A DNA stretch of 64,000 bases from a virus (IMGVR_UViG_3300032007_000006:32001-96000), one strand, 5' to 3'; positions 38,145-47,751 are shown, counted from the stretch's first letter. The notes: generated by a model from the sequence alone, not told the origin. Made by a program: numbers and translations.

Positions 38145-38822
38145 CTAAGAATCATTTGCTGCTGAAGAGAATGAAGTCTCTCCAATGCATTCTGTCGCAA
38201 TAGCGGCACCAGTCAATGCTCTAACAACTTCCATTTTTGTGTTGTCTTTCATGCTTGCCGCTATATTGTCATGAATTGTCCATGATACCCAAAGTCTAAA
38301 GTGGCTCTCAACAACTTCTGCAATGAAATTGAGTTTTGCCGGCATGCCATTTCCTTCAAGAGAGAATTTTGTCCCCTGATTGTCCTTAAGCTTCGGAAGT
38401 TGCTTTAGAATATGATTTAATTCATCTTCATTTTCGCTCCATGCGGCATGGCCAATAAAGTTGCAGGCTTTGTGTACATTGCACTTTATCAGCATTCCTA
38501 TGGCGTCTTTCGCTATCTTTTCAGATGCAAAGGAAATCATGAAGGCATAGGCCGCCATGTCGGCATCTTCCCTGGCCACTGGTCGAACTGCTTCAATATC
38601 GCTTCTTGAGAAGAACATGTGTTCACACGCCCGTTCAACAATGAATCCAAACGCTCCCAGCTGATGAAGCTTATGTTCTTCAACAAGACGCTTTAAGGCT
38701 TCAATTTCGGTCATTGTAAAAGCCTTAATGACTTCATGAGATTTCATCGCAAAGCCATCAAGACTTTCATCCCATTTAAAGTTTTCCGAAACAAGCGCAT
38801 TAGCATCAATTTCCGTCTCCAT
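38145..38822 (-). CDS. Hypothetical early protein
   Basis: 225 aa; GGAGG RBS; promoter TTGACG-18-TATTCT at 38844-38873. Confidence 0.7.
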   Translation of the reverse strand: METEIDANALVSENFKWDESLDGFAMKSHEVIKAFTMTEIEALKRLVEEHKLHQLGAFGFIVERACEHMFFSRSDIEAVRPVAREDADMAAYAFMISFASEKIAKDAIGMLIKCNVHKACNFIGHAAWSENEDELNHILKQLPKLKDNQGTKFSLEGNGMPAKLNFIAEVVESHFRLWVSWTIHDNIAASMKDNTKMEVVRALTGAAIATECIGETSFSSAANDS

Positions 38823-38907
38823 TCATGCCTCCATAGACTTTGCAGAATATCAAAAAAGAACAGAGTGCGTCAAGATAAATTTAGGTCTGCTGATGAATGC
38901 ATCGCTT

Positions 38908-39324
38908 CTATAAATCCAGCATCTGCTTGATCTTCATTTTGACTGCCATTAAAATGCAGTTTGAAACAACTCCTATTTTTCTATCAATTACTTCTCTGGA
39001 AATAGTGAACAGTTGACTGGATCTTATTTCGCTGTATGGCTTGCAAACAATTAGTGGATCATAATAAAATGAATTTTTGGGAACTTCCACTCCATAATGA
39101 TCATAATGCTTTTTGGAAGTTATTACAGCCAATGTAACGTTGCATGCATCAGGAACGCTTAAAACCAGTGCTGGTCTGGCTTTTATTCCTTCCAGGCTTG
39201 TAAATGGCATAAGCGCCACTACAATGTCTCCTGGCTTTAAAAAATCTTTATACAATTTTGCATTTCCTTGTTTTTGCCTTGTCATTGTTGACAGAAGCAG
39301 TTTAAACTCTAGACATGACCACAA
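38908..39324 (-). CDS. mazF: PemK/MazF-family endoribonuclease toxin (orphan)
   Basis: KPGDIV...PF....K.RPALVLS...LAVITS...S.I...QLFTI....I..KIG pattern; start codon uncertain. Confidence 0.85.
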   Translation of the reverse strand: MWSCLEFKLLLSTMTRQKQGNAKLYKDFLKPGDIVVALMPFTSLEGIKARPALVLSVPDACNVTLAVITSKKHYDHYGVEVPKNSFYYDPLIVCKPYSEIRSSQLFTISREVIDRKIGVVSNCILMAVKMKIKQMLDL

Positions 39325-39365
39325 TTTGCTCCGAGAAAAGATTTCCTCTCCCCCTTGCAGGCAAA

Positions 39366-39394
39366 TTTATAGCAGGAACGGATTCCACTGTCAA
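39366..39394 (-). promoter_or_regulatory. Near-consensus sigma70-like promoter TTGACA-17-TATAAA with extended TG
   Basis: Reverse complement reads TTGACA gtggaatccgttcctgc TATAAA, upstream of mazF. Confidence 0.75.
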
Positions 39395-39544
39395 GCAAAA
39401 ATTTGAAAAAATCTTGCTAAGACTTTCGCTTCTAGGACACGGCCTCCTGAATTTCCTTAAGCGAAACGTCTCTTTCTACCAGACAGCGAAACCCACCTCT
39501 CCTCCGTCATCCTCCACGCTCCTCCACGGCATGATTCACAAGAC

Positions 39545-39570
39545 AAAAAAGGGGAGCCTTTCGGCTCCCC
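39545..39570 (-). terminator. Rho-independent terminator of the major capsid gene
   Basis: ggggagcc-gaaa-ggctcccc-tttttt on the minus strand. Confidence 0.85.
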
Positions 39571-39597
39571 TAAAGGTTCTAAGATGCTCTAGAAAGA

Positions 39598-40995
39598 CTA
39601 GAGAACAATCTGGATCTTGCGGTAGAAGCTGTTTGTGGCGCGAATGGCGTCCGTGGCACCCTTGAGCAGTCTCTCCTGGGAGATGCTGTATGGGTTGGAC
39701 ACGAGGCCATAACGAGTCTTAATGCCGATGCGAGCACCGAAGTCTTCCTGACCCGTGGTGCGATACCACTGAACAGGAATGTATGGGCAGTAGAAGAGAC
39801 CGGCATCATACTGGGAAGCGCCCTTGTAGCCAACAATGAGGGTGTGACGAAGTTCGCCGTCCATGGATTCATAGGTCATGTAAGGATCAACAAAGACCTT
39901 GAAGCGGTTGGCGAGCATGCCGTAGTAGGAAACGCCAACTGGGTTCACGATGGGCATGAAGTTGACGTTGTCGAACTGAGTGGTGATGAGGTTGGCCATG
40001 GAGAGGGTAGCGGCGACTTCAGGAGAGGTGAGAATGAAGTTGCCACGGCCACGACGGGTTTCCTGAGCAATCCAGGTAGCTTCACGCTCAATCTGGATGA
40101 GGAGGCCCATCACCTTTTCCATTGACCAGCGGCCATCGGAGTCAACAGCGAAGTTGAATACGCCAGGAGTGGTGCAGTTCTGTGCGCCCTGCTTGGCTTC
40201 ATACTTGATGCGGTTGACAATTTCACGGTCAATTTCAGCGGTGATTTCAGTCTGAAGAATGTTGGCAATTTCCTGCTCGGCGTCAAGACCATGAACGGAG
40301 CGGAGATCCTGCACAACTTCAGTGGTGAGGCGTCCCTTCAATGCACGAGTCTTTACAGACACGTCCATTGCTTCGATGCCAAAGGCCATCTCTGGATAGG
40401 TTGGACCTTCGCCTACGGCGTATCCACCAACCATTCCGTCATTGCCGGCCTGAGAACGCTGACGAACGCCAGCATTGCTCAACTTGCCAGTGCCAGGAAT
40501 GATGTTGCCATCTGCATCGCGCTCTGGAGCCTCTTCCCAATGATAGTTGCCATCATAGAGATCCCAGCCCAGTGCTTCGCCGTCTGGCGTTGGATATGGA
40601 CCAGAATGGGTGTAAGGAACTTCAGGACCAATCTTGTGCTGAGTGCTGATAGGACCAGATCCCCACACTTCCTGACGAATGTCATCCTTGACAGCGTAGA
40701 CGCGCTGCACGAAAATACGGCCAGTTGGGAGGTTCATGGCCTGCAGGCCGACCATCTGAGGACCAACAAGAGTTGGAAGAGTACGACGAATGAGGCTGAT
40801 AATGACTGGAGTATATTGAGCCATGTCGCCAGTACGAGTTGGGCTGTACTCTTCTTCGTTGATGTTTTTAAGGGTGTTCTCAATAACGGCTTTGACCGTT
40901 TTCTTCATGACCGGATCCTTGATTGCAGGAAGGCCGGCATAGTCGCTATCAATAAGCTTGGTAAGCTCTTGTTCAGTGATAATGCTATTGTCCAT
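39598..40995 (-). CDS. gp23: Major capsid protein (gp23-like)
   Basis: PVIISLIRR, GLQAM..PTG, EMAF.IE...V..KTRALK, QDLRSVHGLDAEQE, DGRWSMEK, YKG..YDAGLFYCPY and KTRYG motifs. Confidence 0.97.
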   Translation of the reverse strand: MDNSIITEQELTKLIDSDYAGLPAIKDPVMKKTVKAVIENTLKNINEEEYSPTRTGDMAQYTPVIISLIRRTLPTLVGPQMVGLQAMNLPTGRIFVQRVYAVKDDIRQEVWGSGPISTQHKIGPEVPYTHSGPYPTPDGEALGWDLYDGNYHWEEAPERDADGNIIPGTGKLSNAGVRQRSQAGNDGMVGGYAVGEGPTYPEMAFGIEAMDVSVKTRALKGRLTTEVVQDLRSVHGLDAEQEIANILQTEITAEIDREIVNRIKYEAKQGAQNCTTPGVFNFAVDSDGRWSMEKVMGLLIQIEREATWIAQETRRGRGNFILTSPEVAATLSMANLITTQFDNVNFMPIVNPVGVSYYGMLANRFKVFVDPYMTYESMDGELRHTLIVGYKGASQYDAGLFYCPYIPVQWYRTTGQEDFGARIGIKTRYGLVSNPYSISQERLLKGATDAIRATNSFYRKIQIVL

Positions 40996-41053
40996 CTTTT
41001 ATTACCTTCTTATGGATTCTATGTATTGTATTTAGAAATTGCAAAGCAAACTG

Positions 41054-42373
41054 CTAGCCCATTCTAAACAGCACGTCGGCGATTGATTCGTTGACTTTGT
41101 TTGGTGCAGGTTCAGGCTTGGAGAAGGAAGAAGTGCGTGGTTCCTCATAGTATTCCTTAATGTCCCTGCAGGCCTTGTTGAAAGCTTTGCGGAATTCACT
41201 CATAGTAGTGCATTCGCTAAGTTCTTCTGCGGCATAGTTGGAAAGAGTTTCCTTCTGAGCTTCAGAAAGATTTTCGGGCATATGCTTGATGACATAGTTT
41301 TCACGCTTGGATTCAATGAGTGCCCTTTTTGTCTTCAACTGTTCAACTTTAAGATTCTGCAGCTCTTCCGTGAGTTCGCTAATGGAAGACTTGGCTTTCA
41401 TAAGAGCATCTTCACGTTTTGGAACAATCTGAAGCTTGGATTCAATGAGTTCAAGCATCTCGCCAGCAAAGCTTTCAAGCATTTCGCTCTTTGGAGACTG
41501 AACAATCATGCCCTCGCGAAGCATTTCTTCAGAAAGTTCTTCACTCACAAAGCGGAGATAGCCGTCAACGTTTTCATCAAGCTTGGAAACAATGGAAGGA
41601 ACAACTTCTTTCTTGATATATGAGTCGATTGCGGGAATAATTTCCTTATTAACGTAAGACTCAAACAGCTTTGTGGTGTCGGAAACAACAGTCACGCAGG
41701 CTTTTTCAAGAATTTGATCAACAGCTTCGGTCACAATGGCCTTCATGCTTTTGGCCTGACCTTCTTCCATGGACTCAAAGAGAGAAGTTTCCATGAATTG
41801 ATGCTCAAGAGTCTCTTTTACGGCCTCCATACGAAGCTGTGCGTTATTGGCAACAATTGCACGAATTGCTTCAGTGGTGGCATAAGATTCGTTGCATTCA
41901 TCGTCTTCATCAGACTCATCGTCTTCATCATCTTCATCGTCTTCATCAGACTCATCGTCTTCATCATCTTCATCGTCTTCATCAGACTCATCGTCTTCAT
42001 CATCTTCATCAGACTCATCGGACTCATCGGACTCATCGTCTTCATCATCTTCATCGTCTTCATCAGACTCATCGTCTTCATCATCTTCATCAGACTCATC
42101 GGACTCATCGGACTCATCGCCTTCGGCGCAGGTGTCACACTGACCATCGGAAACTTCAGCGCCACAGTCTGGGCAGACGAATTCCTGAATGGAATCTTCA
42201 TATCCAAGAGATTCCAGAACGCCTTCAAGAGCCTCCTGAGGACCTTGAAGGATGCAATACCCTTCCTTCTCGCAGTCAAGCTGATCAACGCCAGCATATT
42301 TCTTCAATGCAGTGTCAATTTCAGCCTGAGAGTCGACAGGAATCATAATTTTCATGTATGCGTCTTCACTCAT
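41054..42373 (-). CDS. gp22: Prohead core scaffold (gp22-like) with N-terminal CxxC pairs and an acidic repeat tract
   Basis: Lies between gp21 and gp23; acidic and helical; VDGYL.FV.EE motif; likely start MSEDAY. Confidence 0.75.
   Translation of the reverse strand: MSEDAYMKIMIPVDSQAEIDTALKKYAGVDQLDCEKEGYCILQGPQEALEGVLESLGYEDSIQEFVCPDCGAEVSDGQCDTCAEGDESDESDESDEDDEDDESDEDDEDDEDDESDESDESDEDDEDDESDEDDEDDEDDESDEDDEDDEDDESDEDDECNESYATTEAIRAIVANNAQLRMEAVKETLEHQFMETSLFESMEEGQAKSMKAIVTEAVDQILEKACVTVVSDTTKLFESYVNKEIIPAIDSYIKKEVVPSIVSKLDENVDGYLRFVSEELSEEMLREGMIVQSPKSEMLESFAGEMLELIESKLQIVPKREDALMKAKSSISELTEELQNLKVEQLKTKRALIESKRENYVIKHMPENLSEAQKETLSNYAAEELSECTTMSEFRKAFNKACRDIKEYYEEPRTSSFSKPEPAPNKVNESIADVLFRMG
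41898..42119 (-). repeat. In-frame 9-bp tandem repeats encoding a poly-D/E/S tract
   Basis: Units such as gatgaagac, gatgagtct and gatgaagat give DESDESDEDDEDD... Confidence 0.9.
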
Positions 42374-42454
42374 TTTGATTTTCCTCTTGCAATCATTTAG
42401 CGGACAATGCCACAGACTGTGGAAAATTGCCTGCAACAATATTGCCTATTTATA

Positions 42455-42745
42455 TTAATGCCTTCTTTTTCTTTTTCCGAAAAACTTCATAGTCTTTCGT
42501 CTTTTTTTAGCTGCGTTATACAAAGTGGTTGCACGTTTAGCAAGTCCCTTCGACCTTATCTTCATTGAACGACTAATGCTCCTAACTCTAAAATGCTTCC
42601 GCATGTGATAGTATCTGCGGCGCTTGTAAAGATACACGGCTTTTTGAGACATGCTCATAGGAGCCTTCTTCTTTTTGCCTTCAAGCATTAGATTTGTAAG
42701 AAGATGCGTTGCTGGCTCAAAAAGATCAGTTCGCTCATTATTCAT
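42455..42745 (-). CDS. Basic prohead core protein (gp68-like)
   Basis: K/R-rich 96 aa in the head cluster; MLE possible gp21 cleavage site. Confidence 0.5.
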   Translation of the reverse strand: MNNERTDLFEPATHLLTNLMLEGKKKKAPMSMSQKAVYLYKRRRYYHMRKHFRVRSISRSMKIRSKGLAKRATTLYNAAKKRRKTMKFFGKRKRRH

Positions 42746-42753
42746 TAAAACAC

Positions 42754-43398
42754 CTAGAATTTTAGACCTTCAATGAATTTTGCAAAATCTTCCTTCAATA
42801 CGCTAGTATTGGACATTTTTTTGTGTTTAAGATATTCTTCAGCGGTTGATTCAATCAAAACGCCATTTTTCCAGTAGTATTCTACGTTTTCAAGCACGCC
42901 ATCAACCCAGCAGTCTATTCCTGATGGATTGCTGACAACATCAATAGCAGAAATAACATAGTCATCCTTGACTATCGTTTCTGCACCTTTCTCTTCAAGA
43001 GAACCCATTCCACGAGTTGAAACGCCAAGCTGCACTCCATCCCTTAAAAGAGACTTTACAATCTCGCCTTGAGGCGTGGAAAGAACTTTGGCTTTACCAA
43101 GAACATCATTGCCGTCCCAGGCCAATTCCTTGATAAGAATGCAGGCCCGTTCTGGATTTGGAGCGAAGGCTTGTGGATGATTCAACTCTCCAATGGCCTT
43201 GCTTTTAGACACATAGTCGGCAATATATTTCTGAATGGCCTCGCTTAGAACCTTTTTAGGATATGTCCTTTTATTCCGATTCTGCTTTTCGGCCTGAGCA
43301 AAAATTCCTTCGATGAACATGGACTTTTCGCCTTGAGCGTCTTTAGCCTCGTTCACCGAAATGATATTGCCCATTTCATTTTCAGCAATAAGCTTCAT
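42754..43398 (-). CDS. gp21: Prohead protease (gp21-like)
   Basis: IEGIFAQAE..NRN.R.YP, GELNHP, TPQG, LGVSTRGMGS and DVVSNPS motifs. Confidence 0.95.
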   Translation of the reverse strand: MKLIAENEMGNIISVNEAKDAQGEKSMFIEGIFAQAEKQNRNKRTYPKKVLSEAIQKYIADYVSKSKAIGELNHPQAFAPNPERACILIKELAWDGNDVLGKAKVLSTPQGEIVKSLLRDGVQLGVSTRGMGSLEEKGAETIVKDDYVISAIDVVSNPSGIDCWVDGVLENVEYYWKNGVLIESTAEEYLKHKKMSNTSVLKEDFAKFIEGLKF

Positions 43399-43443
43399 TT
43401 TAACTCGGAACCATTGTTTTGCTATTTAGATTGATTAAACAAT

Positions 43444-43656
43444 TTAGTCTTCTTTTGGCGGAAGATTGTTTGTGTTTATTCTGTCGGCGCAAATGTTGTT
43501 GACATGTGTTGCAACAACATTATTGGCATCAGCCTTAAATTCTTCTGGATTAATTCCGATTCCTTCAAGACTTCCATATTTGAAAGCTAGTCCATCAATG
43601 ATATTTTTGAACTGTTCGGAATCGGAATTGCCCTTTAGACCATCATACATTCCCAT
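43444..43656 (-). CDS. Small head-cluster protein (gp67 position)
   Basis: 70 aa between portal and protease; GGAGG RBS. Confidence 0.55.
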   Translation of the reverse strand: MGMYDGLKGNSDSEQFKNIIDGLAFKYGSLEGIGINPEEFKADANNVVATHVNNICADRINTNNLPPKED

Positions 43657-43670
43657 ATTTTCCTCCTATT

Positions 43671-45287
43671 TTAGGACTTGAGTATGCGAGCTATGTCGCT
43701 GTCTTCTACATTGTCATAATCTTCATCATCATTTTCTTCTACATGTCTTGGAGTGGGTATCTGCTGCACCCACGCAAGTCTTTTCTTTTCTCTCGCTGTT
43801 TCTTCAGGATCTTCTCGTGGTTCAACAGTCATTTCTTCCATCTCGCCACTCTTTTCCTCTTCTTCAATTTCGGCATCAATGCGTCTAATGTCTTCATCAG
43901 TCTGCTTGAGCAGATTGCGTCTGGCCCACGAAACGGAGAAATATTTGCCAAGATAGTCCTGAACTTCTCCAAGAGCGTCTATTCTTTCCTTGAGAATTTC
44001 AAGATCTCTGAATTCAGCATACACAGAGTCTGAAATCCACATAAACTGAATGTTGTCCGCTTCTTCTTCAAATTCCTTGCCAACAACAATATTTTTGGCC
44101 GTCATTTGAATCTTGAGAAGCTTGTAGAAAAGAATTTCATAGCACTGGCGCAGACGGACAATGAACTTTCTGTACTTTAATTCATCGCGGGTGATTTCAG
44201 AACTTCTTCCAAGACTCTGGGCGCCATTGTCCAGTTCAATCCATCTGGAAAATGGAACGTTCAATGCACGAAAGAGCTTCATCTTGAAGTAGTCCAAGTC
44301 TTCCATGTTGCCAATGGAGGCATTGCCACCCTGCATGGTAGAAACTTCCGTCGCACGACCATCGGCTGAACGTGGCAGATAGATGTCGTCCAGCAAAGAC
44401 ATGTGCAATGCAGACTCTTTCAGCTTTCCTGTTGAAGGATCATACTCCACCTTGTTTCGGCAGTTTCTTATGACTTCCTTCATGTACGTTTCGGCCTTGG
44501 ACTTGGGAAGCTGACCAACGTCAATATAGAATACTCGTCTTTCTGGAGCACGAGCAATTTTGTATATCAATGCAGCATCTTCAAGACTGTTCAACTGGTT
44601 TAATGGAATGTAGGCTTTGTTCAGATATGAAATCCATATCTGGTGAAATCTGTCCATAAGACCAGAATCGACTTCAACAATGTTTTCCTTAGGAATTTTC
44701 AGCAGAATATTTTTTAGTTCGACATCCTTGAAGATATAGCATTCGGTCTTCAATTCATCATCATAGGTAAGCTTCGTTCTTACAGGATCTAGCTGAATTA
44801 GCTGCTTTATGCCAGTTTTGCCATTGTCCTTGTCTGGATCATAGAGTTCATAGTAGAAATAGGACTTCCCGTCAACAAACCAGTCCTTCAGAAGTGCATA
44901 GGCCTTCTTGTCAAACTGCAGGAGCTTCATTATTCTTGTCCATTCTCTATGAAACTTTTCCTGCACTTTCTCGCTGAAATCAGTATTGTTCAGATTGAGA
45001 AGTATTGGATACCTATGATCATCCGAATAGGAAATCATTTCATTGATAATGTCATCAATGGCAAAGTCAATGTATGGATTTTCAGCCATTGCGCGCCAGA
45101 TGCGAATGAGCTGATTCTCAAACATCGGGAGGTTGCGGATGTCGACATTTTCCAGTCCAAAGTCAACTGGATAGAGAATGTTGGTACCATAGGCCGCAAG
45201 CTCCTTTTGCGCTTCCAAAGGAACCGAGTAGTCTCTAGGCCTGATTTCTTCTCCAATGCCAACATTTCCAGTGATCATTTTGATCAT
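43671..45287 (-). CDS. gp20: Portal protein (gp20-like)
   Basis: AIDDIINE, WFVDG, LEDA.LIYKIARAPERRVFYIDVG.LPK.KAE.Y, LFRALNVP.SR and EITRDELK motifs. Confidence 0.97.
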   Translation of the reverse strand: MIKMITGNVGIGEEIRPRDYSVPLEAQKELAAYGTNILYPVDFGLENVDIRNLPMFENQLIRIWRAMAENPYIDFAIDDIINEMISYSDDHRYPILLNLNNTDFSEKVQEKFHREWTRIMKLLQFDKKAYALLKDWFVDGKSYFYYELYDPDKDNGKTGIKQLIQLDPVRTKLTYDDELKTECYIFKDVELKNILLKIPKENIVEVDSGLMDRFHQIWISYLNKAYIPLNQLNSLEDAALIYKIARAPERRVFYIDVGQLPKSKAETYMKEVIRNCRNKVEYDPSTGKLKESALHMSLLDDIYLPRSADGRATEVSTMQGGNASIGNMEDLDYFKMKLFRALNVPFSRWIELDNGAQSLGRSSEITRDELKYRKFIVRLRQCYEILFYKLLKIQMTAKNIVVGKEFEEEADNIQFMWISDSVYAEFRDLEILKERIDALGEVQDYLGKYFSVSWARRNLLKQTDEDIRRIDAEIEEEEKSGEMEEMTVEPREDPEETAREKKRLAWVQQIPTPRHVEENDDEDYDNVEDSDIARILKS

Positions 45288-45427
45288 TTGGGATGCTCCT
45301 CCCTCCTGCTATGAAATGATGTCCAGCAGGAACTTGACTATTTATAAACTAGGCACAAATATCTTAGAAAAAATTAACCAATTGTTGTTCTAGATGGCAT
45401 TTGGTGCGTATTATTGCGAATATATAC

Positions 45428-45456
45428 AAAAAAGGCTCCCAACTGGGAGCCTTTTT
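45428..45456. terminator. Bidirectional rho-independent terminator
   Basis: aaaaaaggctccc-aact-gggagccttttt. Confidence 0.75.
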
Positions 45457-45468
45457 GCATTGCATGCA

Positions 45469-46569
45469 CTATTCAACTGGCGTCAAAAATTCTGGAGGTA
45501 TCTTGGACATTACGCACCCAGCGGCACCCTTGTGTCCACCACCTCCATACTTCTTTGCAATTTCAGAGAAGTCTGGAGAAGAATCCGTAACGTGTTCATT
45601 GTAGAAGGACACGGAAACCTTGCCTTCCTTGTTGATGCTCCATAGCACAATGCCTTCATGCTGGTCTGGATTATAGACCGTCTTTGCCATAAGGCTTGGA
45701 CCTCTGCCATTGAGACAGAGCAGACGACATCCTTCCCATTGAATTGTATAGGCATTTCGAGCAGTCTTGGCCCATTGTCCTTCATTGTGCTCCTGAATGA
45801 TTTTTCCTTCCTTAATGACTTCATAAGCCACAGTTGGATGCTTGAGCATGTCAAGCAGATCATTCTGAACAAGCATTGTTCTAGCTTCTATTCTGTCCAT
45901 TTTCAGACAGGTCCTGTCCATTCTGCTGACCATTGCCGCATTGAGCAGAATGCTTCCATCGCGCCACTTTGACTGAAGGTCCCATGCATCCCACGCAGAA
46001 ACGTATTCAAGAAATTCAGGAATGCTTTTTCCTTTCTGTCCGTTTATTGCAAGCCAGAGGAGCAGGGCGCCAGAAATGATTTCGCCTTCCTTCGGAAAGA
46101 AGGCATAGTTGTATGAATGCTCCTTGAATGGCTTCGATTCGCAGTCATTTCGTCCCACCCAGAATACTTCATTGACTGCGGCTAAATTTGCATCATCTTC
46201 AGCAGAGGAAACGTATACGCTGTCTGATTCATCGCATTTTCTAGAAGCGTATTTTCTAATGGCAGAAATATGGTGATCTGTAGTCACTACTTTGATGCCA
46301 TAGAGATTGAAATCGAAAACGGCGCTTTCAGTCAAGCTGATGTCGCCAGTGAGAATGTAGTCAAGACTTTCTCCACCAGATTCTTCAAATCTCTTGGCCA
46401 GAGCGTCAACGTCAAAGTCTCCATAGCTCCACCACCAGACGTTGGAGCAGTCTTCCTTGGCAATGCCAGCCTCTATGGCCACGGCGCATGAAGACCAGCC
46501 ATCCAAGTCTGGCGCATGAAAGACGCACATGGTGTTCTTTTCATTCATATTGGAAAATATGGGATTCAA
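45469..46569 (-). CDS. DHH/DHHA1 family phosphoesterase
   Basis: H..DLDG, D.S, TDHH, SGALL.W, D.WD and GGGGHKGAAG motifs; start is either TTG at 46569 (after GGAGG) or ATG at 46548. Confidence 0.88.
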   Translation of the reverse strand: MNPIFSNMNEKNTMCVFHAPDLDGWSSCAVAIEAGIAKEDCSNVWWWSYGDFDVDALAKRFEESGGESLDYILTGDISLTESAVFDFNLYGIKVVTTDHHISAIRKYASRKCDESDSVYVSSAEDDANLAAVNEVFWVGRNDCESKPFKEHSYNYAFFPKEGEIISGALLLWLAINGQKGKSIPEFLEYVSAWDAWDLQSKWRDGSILLNAAMVSRMDRTCLKMDRIEARTMLVQNDLLDMLKHPTVAYEVIKEGKIIQEHNEGQWAKTARNAYTIQWEGCRLLCLNGRGPSLMAKTVYNPDQHEGIVLWSINKEGKVSVSFYNEHVTDSSPDFSEIAKKYGGGGHKGAAGCVMSKIPPEFLTPVE

Positions 46570-46588
46570 ATTCAGCCTCCTTAGGACT

Positions 46589-46897
46589 TTAAACATTGGC
46601 CGCCATGAAATCACCGACAAGCGGACTGTGGCAGAATATGTTCGTCAATTCAGTATTGATGCAGCATATGCTGGCAAGTTCGTTTTTATGGACAATAATT
46701 TCTGGACTGTCATCTATTATGAAACAATTTCCTTTGTATGTTTGAACGTTCTTTTTATATTCAAGTTCAATAAAGGGAACTATTATGCATATAGTTCCAT
46801 TTGTCTTATGCATGGCATAGACAGTAAGATTTTTCTCTCCCACGTCTCTTTTCCGTACAACAGGAAAAACGCTGTCTTCCATTTCAACGCTGTCCAT
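46589..46897 (-). CDS. Hypothetical early protein
   Basis: GGAGG RBS; promoter TTGACA-17-TAGACT at 46920-46948. Confidence 0.6.
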   Translation of the reverse strand: MDSVEMEDSVFPVVRKRDVGEKNLTVYAMHKTNGTICIIVPFIELEYKKNVQTYKGNCFIIDDSPEIIVHKNELASICCINTELTNIFCHSPLVGDFMAANV

Positions 46898-46949
46898 CTT
46901 CTCCTCCCTTGACAGAAAAAGTCTAGCATCGTTCATGGCCAATGTCAAG

Positions 46950-46973
46950 AAAAAAGGCTGGGAAGCCCAGCCT
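46950..46973 (-). terminator. Rho-independent terminator
   Basis: ggctggg-ctt-cccagcc-tttttt on the minus strand. Confidence 0.75.
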
Positions 46974-46997
46974 CATCAAAGCATGAAAGATATGCTT

Positions 46998-47705
46998 TTA
47001 ATCAATCCAAACAGTCTCTGCCTGAGTCCATTCAATGTCTTGCTCGGCACACTTGGCAAGTTCCTTCTTCATGAAGTCAAAGCCTCGCATTTCAATGGTG
47101 GTTGGAATGGCCATCTCCTCGGAGAGCTGAGTCCATCTCTTGCAGTCGGTGGATTCTACAGCAAAGCTGAAGTTCTTCTTTCCAATCTTGGTGAAATACT
47201 TGTCAAGCTGAGTGTAGTGGAAATCTCCAAGCTTGAAGCTTCCAGCAACTGGCTTGCCCATGAAGTTGTCTGGACGAGTGAATATCCATTCAGCCTCCTT
47301 CTTGCAGTTGACGAAAAGAATGGAATCCTGCTTGAATCGCTTGCCCATTCCAATGGCGAAGGTGCGAAGCTCCTTCTCCCTGTCTGGGGTTGCATAGACG
47401 ATGCAGGACATCTCGTCCTTAATTTCTACCTTATTGCCTTCAGCATCAATTTCGGTATATCCACCAATGGCCCTGTTGAAGCCAAATCCCATGCCAAGAA
47501 TGAAGCTGCGAAGCTCGTTGGTCTTGGCCTTGTTAATCTTGGCGTTTTCCTTTGGATCCTTGCGATTCCAGTCGCCGCGGCAGGCGGAAATGATGGCGAT
47601 AGGCTCTCCAGCCTCCAGATGCTGCCTCAGCCTTCCAAGAGAGGCTTCATAGAGAGGGTTTTTAGGAATGCTTGATTCCTTGAGGTATTGCTTCAGACTC
47701 TTCAT
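46998..47705 (-). CDS. SAM lyase (T3 SAMase-like) with capsid-targeting leader
   Basis: Start MKSLKQYLKE after AAGGAG; IISACR..EN..N...L..GGYTE..DEMS..KRFKQDSILF parallels the T3 SAMase pattern LVSAFR..N..GCYRE..EEKT..WEQDCVL (recalled). Confidence 0.7.
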   Translation of the reverse strand: MKSLKQYLKESSIPKNPLYEASLGRLRQHLEAGEPIAIISACRGDWNRKDPKENAKINKAKTNELRSFILGMGFGFNRAIGGYTEIDAEGNKVEIKDEMSCIVYATPDREKELRTFAIGMGKRFKQDSILFVNCKKEAEWIFTRPDNFMGKPVAGSFKLGDFHYTQLDKYFTKIGKKNFSFAVESTDCKRWTQLSEEMAIPTTIEMRGFDFMKKELAKCAEQDIEWTQAETVWID

Positions 47706-47751
47706 CTGCATTCTCCTTAATCGAGAAGTATTTCTATATTCTATTTGAATG

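Noticed and set aside
40291-41067. Long antisense ORFs (also 18341-19279, 41714-42400, 46935-47675, 58850-59518)
   Set aside because: Shadows of codon-biased or repetitive genes on the opposite strand, with no recognisable motifs
41839-42348. His/Arg-rich, poly-Ser and Met/Lys repeat ORFs
   Set aside because: Alternative frames of the gp22 acidic repeat
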